From Saprolegnia diclina VS20 (lineage: Eukaryota), in the NCBI RefSeq assembly GCF_000281045.1, contig NW_008246079.1:419225-456663 (forward strand): a stretch of 37,439 bases of DNA, read 5' to 3'. The position numbers and the translations under genes were made by a program. Every line of letters begins with the position of its first letter. Within the stretch, counting starts at the first letter, position 1. This document shows, in pieces, positions 33,614 to 37,439 of the stretch. The notes under the pieces were generated by a model, which ran no database searches, was not told the DNA's origin, and saw only the letters and a program-made list of their open reading frames with translations.

Positions 33614-35575
33614 TCAACCAACGCACGTGCCCCGGCTATACTTGAACGTTTTCGCGCGCTGGAGCCGCTTCTTGGTCGGCGCCGTAAGTACGTTCTTGAC
33701 GATTTCGCTTTGCACCATCGGCATGTACAGCCGGAGGTACCGCGGTAGAATGCCCCACACCAGGTCGTAGACGCTGACAAGGTAAAACACTTCTTCCGGT
33801 GCCGTGTCGACGACTTTGGCCTCCTTGGCGACGAGGATGCGGCGCATCTCGGGCGCAATGACGACGGCGGCGAGGCCCATGCGGGCTTGCATGCTCGGCT
33901 TGCAGAAGAGCTTATTGCCAATCTTGATGGCATCGGCTTGGTCCAACGGGAGCCCCGTAAACCAGTAGGGCATGGCCGATTGCGATAAGAACTCATTGTT
34001 TTTTGTCCATGTCGTGTCGAGCACACATTTCTTCTGGAAAAATTGGAGCTTGGCCATCGCGTAGACAATGCTCATGAGAAAGCAGGTGCATACCGCAATG
34101 ACAATGTTCCCAAGGGTGAGCGACGTCGCCGACGCGATGCTGTTGGCGTCGTAGGCGCCGCAGCCACAGACCCGCCCCGAGACGTTCATGCCCAGGAGCG
34201 ACGTCGCCGCAAAGAATGACGCGTGCAAGTCCTCGTACGAGCCATAGACACTGGCTGAAATCGACGGAATCGCACCGTAGATAAAGACCGCAGGCGACCA
34301 CGGCGCGAGCTTGTGCCGAATGGAAGGCGGGCTTGGCACAAACTGAAGCCCCAAGAAGAGGAGGAGTGCAAACCACGCGACAAAGATGCCCAGCGTGAGG
34401 ATCGAGAGCAGCCAGAGCCAGTCGTCGATCGGTCGCCCGGCGTAAATACGAGCAATGTCAAAGAAGAGAAGGCCGGGAAACGCGCTAATCGCACCGATAA
34501 ACAAAAGGCCTTTGCGCCGCTCGACGCCCGTGAGGATGTCGTACGTCAGAACTGGCTTGTGCTGCAACACGCCCTTGAGACCCTCAAACGTCATGAGCAT
34601 GTCGCCGCCGAGCCCAACGATTGTGATGATGACCAGAACGGCGTGGACGACCTCGAGCTCGATCGACTCGGAGACCACGTGCCCACACGCTTTCCCGGTA
34701 ACCACTGCCTTCTTTGACTCACGACCGGTGCTCCAGCCGCGCTGACTGCCCACCTCGTCGCTAATGTCGACGATCTGGGCAACGCACGACGCGCGGATCG
34801 AGTACCGGGGCCCGAGCGGGTGCGACTTGATGATAGCATTTGCTCCCTCCGGGTAGCGTTGCGCGCTGCCGTCACGCCCAATCAGAACACGCTCAACGTC
34901 ACGGATGATCCGGGTGGTCGAGCTGTCGTCGCTGTCGACATAAGTTGTCGTCGTGTTCATGTGTGTATCGGCAAAGACGGTTAGTAGGTAAGCGCCGTTG
35001 GGATAGACATCGTCGACAACCGTCCCTTCCAGTAAAATCATCCCCGCGATCGACTGACTGCCCTGTTGTGGGTTGCACTCTGGGTAGACATCGTAGCCCA
35101 CGAGCATCTGGAGGGACGCGGGTGTCGAGTCGTTTGCGTCCGACGAGCATCCGACCATGCACGTGGTGACCTTCCATTTGGCTTGCGGTGGCACTTGAAG
35201 CACGTGCGCAAGCTGATTGCCGGTGGCGGCCCACGCGGCGGGCGTCGCAAGCAAGCTCGACTCGACGGACGAGCACGAGTGGGGGGCAAAGCCCTCGGAG
35301 GTGAGAAGACACGACTGCGCAAGCGGCCGCCACGCGTCGTTCTGAAAGTGGTACGTGAGGTTGCTGCGACGAAAAGCGCCGAGGGCGCTGAGGATGAACA
35401 TGGAAGAGAGCGACCCGTAGATGGCCGCAACGACGACGAGGTTGGCGATGATGCGCATCCAGACGCGCATGCTATCGCGTTTGATGGCGTCGTACTTGCG
35501 CGTGGACGAGCTAAACGCACTACCCATGTTGGAGATGCTCAAGGCGGCGCTCGAGAGCGTCGACTGCAGCGTCAT
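33614..35575 (-). CDS. Uncharacterised multi-pass membrane protein (about 653 aa), family copy 2
   Basis: Shares WRPxxQSC, VTTCxVGC, GAxLxTxFAD, HKPVLTYDILxxxERRK, CxCGAYD, LFCKPSMQARMG and GTCVG with copy 1. Confidence 0.85.
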   Translation of the reverse strand: MTLQSTLSSAALSISNMGSAFSSSTRKYDAIKRDSMRVWMRIIANLVVVAAIYGSLSSMFILSALGAFRRSNLTYHFQNDAWRPLAQSCLLTSEGFAPHSCSSVESSLLATPAAWAATGNQLAHVLQVPPQAKWKVTTCMVGCSSDANDSTPASLQMLVGYDVYPECNPQQGSQSIAGMILLEGTVVDDVYPNGAYLLTVFADTHMNTTTTYVDSDDSSTTRIIRDVERVLIGRDGSAQRYPEGANAIIKSHPLGPRYSIRASCVAQIVDISDEVGSQRGWSTGRESKKAVVTGKACGHVVSESIELEVVHAVLVIITIVGLGGDMLMTFEGLKGVLQHKPVLTYDILTGVERRKGLLFIGAISAFPGLLFFDIARIYAGRPIDDWLWLLSILTLGIFVAWFALLLFLGLQFVPSPPSIRHKLAPWSPAVFIYGAIPSISASVYGSYEDLHASFFAATSLLGMNVSGRVCGCGAYDANSIASATSLTLGNIVIAVCTCFLMSIVYAMAKLQFFQKKCVLDTTWTKNNEFLSQSAMPYWFTGLPLDQADAIKIGNKLFCKPSMQARMGLAAVVIAPEMRRILVAKEAKVVDTAPEEVFYLVSVYDLVWGILPRYLRLYMPMVQSEIVKNVLTAPTKKRLQRAKTFKYSRGTCVG

Positions 35576-35811
35576 GGTGGTGCAAAGTGGCAGAATTGCT
35601 GTCCTTTCCAGGAGCCAAGCTATACTTATCGTTGTGAAACGACATGTGACCAACTGCTTGGACAAGCCGTCGTCGCATGATGGACGTTGGTCGAAAAGAC
35701 AGCGGGTGATGGGTCTCGAAGCGGGACGTACTCGAGAGCTGCTGTTTGCACGAGATTGACGCGTGGAACACACACTGCAGCTATCACATCATCCGATTAC
35801 AAGATAAGTTC

Positions 35812-35990
35812 TTAGCCAACACACGTGCCACGACCATATACATACGAGGTGGCGCGGAGCGTGTAAAGACATTGTGTGCAATGTGCCGATGATCTTGGGA
35901 GGTACGGGCGACACCAGCGCGGCAAGATGGCCGGCACGAAGTCGTAGAGGATGTCCGGACGATCGATGCGAATCCTGCAAAGCCAACTCA
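35812..35990 (-). pseudogene. Frameshifted 3' remnant of the multi-pass membrane family
   Basis: One frame gives LYDFVPAILPRWCRPYLP and SYVYGRGTCVG-stop. Another frame supplies PKIIGTL in between. These match YDLVWGILPRYLRLYMP...YSRGTCVG and PRIFGEI/PKIYGDV of the intact copies. Confidence 0.7.
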
Positions 35991-36019
35991 ACCGAGGACT
36001 GGAGGTGAATTCAACTGGA

Positions 36020-36619
36020 CTATTGGTGGTTCTCCGATCCAGTCGCAGAATAGGGTAGCCATACGACGCCGAGGTCCTTTGCGGTCTGTCCATGACCATC
36101 GACATAAGCAACCATGTCGGACAGCCTCTCGGACAAGAAGGCCACAGCTGGACCTTGACCGTTCATCGCAGCGACGTGAAGTACTGTTTGACCTGTCGAT
36201 GTCGTCGCTCTCGCGTTGGCTTTGTGCTGGAGAAGACACGATAGCACTGGGATGTTGCCGCTGTGGGCGGCGCAGTGGAGCGCGGTGCGGCCATAATGGT
36301 CGGTGGCCTCGAGGTCTGCGCCGTGGGCCAATAGCATCGAGATGACACTCGAGCTCGCGCCGCCGAGCGCCGCGAAGTGAAGTGGCCGGCGCTTGAAGAG
36401 TCTCCGCTCGACGGCATTAGCATCAGCCCCGTGGGCGAGCAGCCACGCGACGGCGTCGGGCTGAGCCCGGTCGCACGCCCAATGTAGCGCCGTGAGCTTG
36501 TACTGGTCCAGCGAATCGACGGGCGTTGACGCCAGCGCGCTCTCTAAGACTGCCACGTCATTCTCGCGGGCGGCGTCGTGGAGCGGGTGCTCCGCTGTCT
36601 CGGTGTGCAGCGCGTCCAT
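36020..36619 (-). CDS. Ankyrin repeat protein
   Basis: About 5 ANK repeats (PLHDAA, TALHWAC, PLHFAA, GRTALHCAA, GQTVLHVAA). The 3' end may be spliced. Confidence 0.9.
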   Translation of the reverse strand: MDALHTETAEHPLHDAARENDVAVLESALASTPVDSLDQYKLTALHWACDRAQPDAVAWLLAHGADANAVERRLFKRRPLHFAALGGASSSVISMLLAHGADLEATDHYGRTALHCAAHSGNIPVLSCLLQHKANARATTSTGQTVLHVAAMNGQGPAVAFLSERLSDMVAYVDGHGQTAKDLGVVWLPYSATGSENHQ

Positions 36620-36765
36620 CCTGTGTTTCGTTTTCGGAAAACGGTATATTGCGCAAATGACGGAAATAAAAGGGTATATTGAGCCCAATACGGGAAGATG
36701 ATGAAAAATACGGAAATAGCACAAAATATACCGTTTCTTGACGATGACGTGGCAATGCGCCGAGC

Positions 36766-37439
36766 TCAGCATACGCATGAACCGCGCGAGTGCTCATACG
36801 AGGTGCATCGATCCAAGCGCTTCTTGGAGGGTGGCTTGAGCTCGTTCTTGACCACGTCGCCGTATATCTTGGGCGTAAAGACGCAGGCTGGCGCCGTTGC
36901 GAGAAGCAGGTCGTAGATACTTATGAGATGCAGGGTTCTTTCGTCGGCCTTGGGCTTTGCAGTTGCCGTCTGCTGTGGCGTGACGCTTGCAAATCCAAGG
37001 AGGGCTTGCATGCTGGGCTTGCAAAAGAGACGATTGCCGATGCGAATGGCCTCGTGGCGGCCGAGCGGTAAGCTTGTAAACCAGCGGGGGAGGCCGCAGG
37101 AATGGAGGAACGTGCTGCCTGTCGCCCACTGCGCATCCACGAGCCAGCGATGCTGAAAGATGTAGAGCTTGCCACCTGCCACGCCAACGCCGAGTCCAAG
37201 ACAACTGACCAACGCGGGGACAATCCACGGCAGCAAGTAGCTGGCCGCGGGCTCGACACCCGTCGTCTCGTACGCCGCGCACGGGTACGCCGTCCCGTTC
37301 AAATGCATGACGATCGTCGGTGCGCCCGCGTAAAAGAGGTTAGAGAGAATCTGCCACGACCCGTTGATGCTCAAGGCGATCGCGGGTATCGCCGTGTAGA
37401 GGAAGGTCGCGACCGAGACGGGCAAGAGGCGGTACCGCA
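36766..37439 (-). CDS. Multi-pass membrane protein family copy 3 (5' part outside the window)
   Basis: PVSVATFLYTAIPAI, PCAAYETTGVE, AIRIGNRLFCKPSMQA and HSRGSCVC-stop are homologous to copies 1 and 2. Confidence 0.85.
   Translation of the reverse strand, partial: RYRLLPVSVATFLYTAIPAIALSINGSWQILSNLFYAGAPTIVMHLNGTAYPCAAYETTGVEPAASYLLPWIVPALVSCLGLGVGVAGGKLYIFQHRWLVDAQWATGSTFLHSCGLPRWFTSLPLGRHEAIRIGNRLFCKPSMQALLGFASVTPQQTATAKPKADERTLHLISIYDLLLATAPACVFTPKIYGDVVKNELKPPSKKRLDRCTSYEHSRGSCVC

Noticed and set aside
29035..35575. TM family as GPCR partners of the nearby RGS proteins
   Set aside because: I count about six TM segments, not seven, and see no GPCR motifs. Proximity in a eukaryotic genome is weak evidence.
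1..37439. Hundreds of overlapping Arg/Ala-rich or antisense ORFs and GTG/TTG starts in the ORF track
   Set aside because: They are shadows of GC3-biased real genes. Non-ATG starts and operon logic do not apply to this intron-containing eukaryotic DNA.

Overview
Eukaryotic, gene-dense, GC-rich DNA with many short (about 45-65 nt) GT-AG introns, oomycete-type Inr/FPR core promoters and oomycete-typical gene content. It is most consistent with a Saprolegniales water mould (Saprolegnia/Achlya-like; inference, not a database result). Most listed ORFs are antisense or frame-shadow artefacts or single exons. Hand splicing gives about 22 protein genes: an elicitin-like/mucin secreted protein, a type I membrane protein, a purple acid phosphatase, two small related orphans, a 14-exon fusion of a mannitol-dehydrogenase-family (UxaB/UxuB-like) oxidoreductase with a Bh0493-type uronate isomerase, an APC amino-acid permease, a SpoU methyltransferase, an F-BAR-like coiled-coil protein, two tandem cNMP-binding + RGS proteins, HYPK, a Slob/PXK pseudokinase, a DnaJ protein, a ricin-B lectin, a NUDT5-like Nudix enzyme, SEC63-like, an ankyrin protein, and three copies plus one decayed remnant of an uncharacterised about-6-TM family. 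The top leads are (1) the bacterial-type hexuronate isomerase-pathway fusion enzyme and (2) a tandem pair of putatively myristoylated cyclic-nucleotide-binding RGS proteins that differ at the cAMP/cGMP selectivity residue. I saw no rRNA, tRNA, CRISPR array or transposase.
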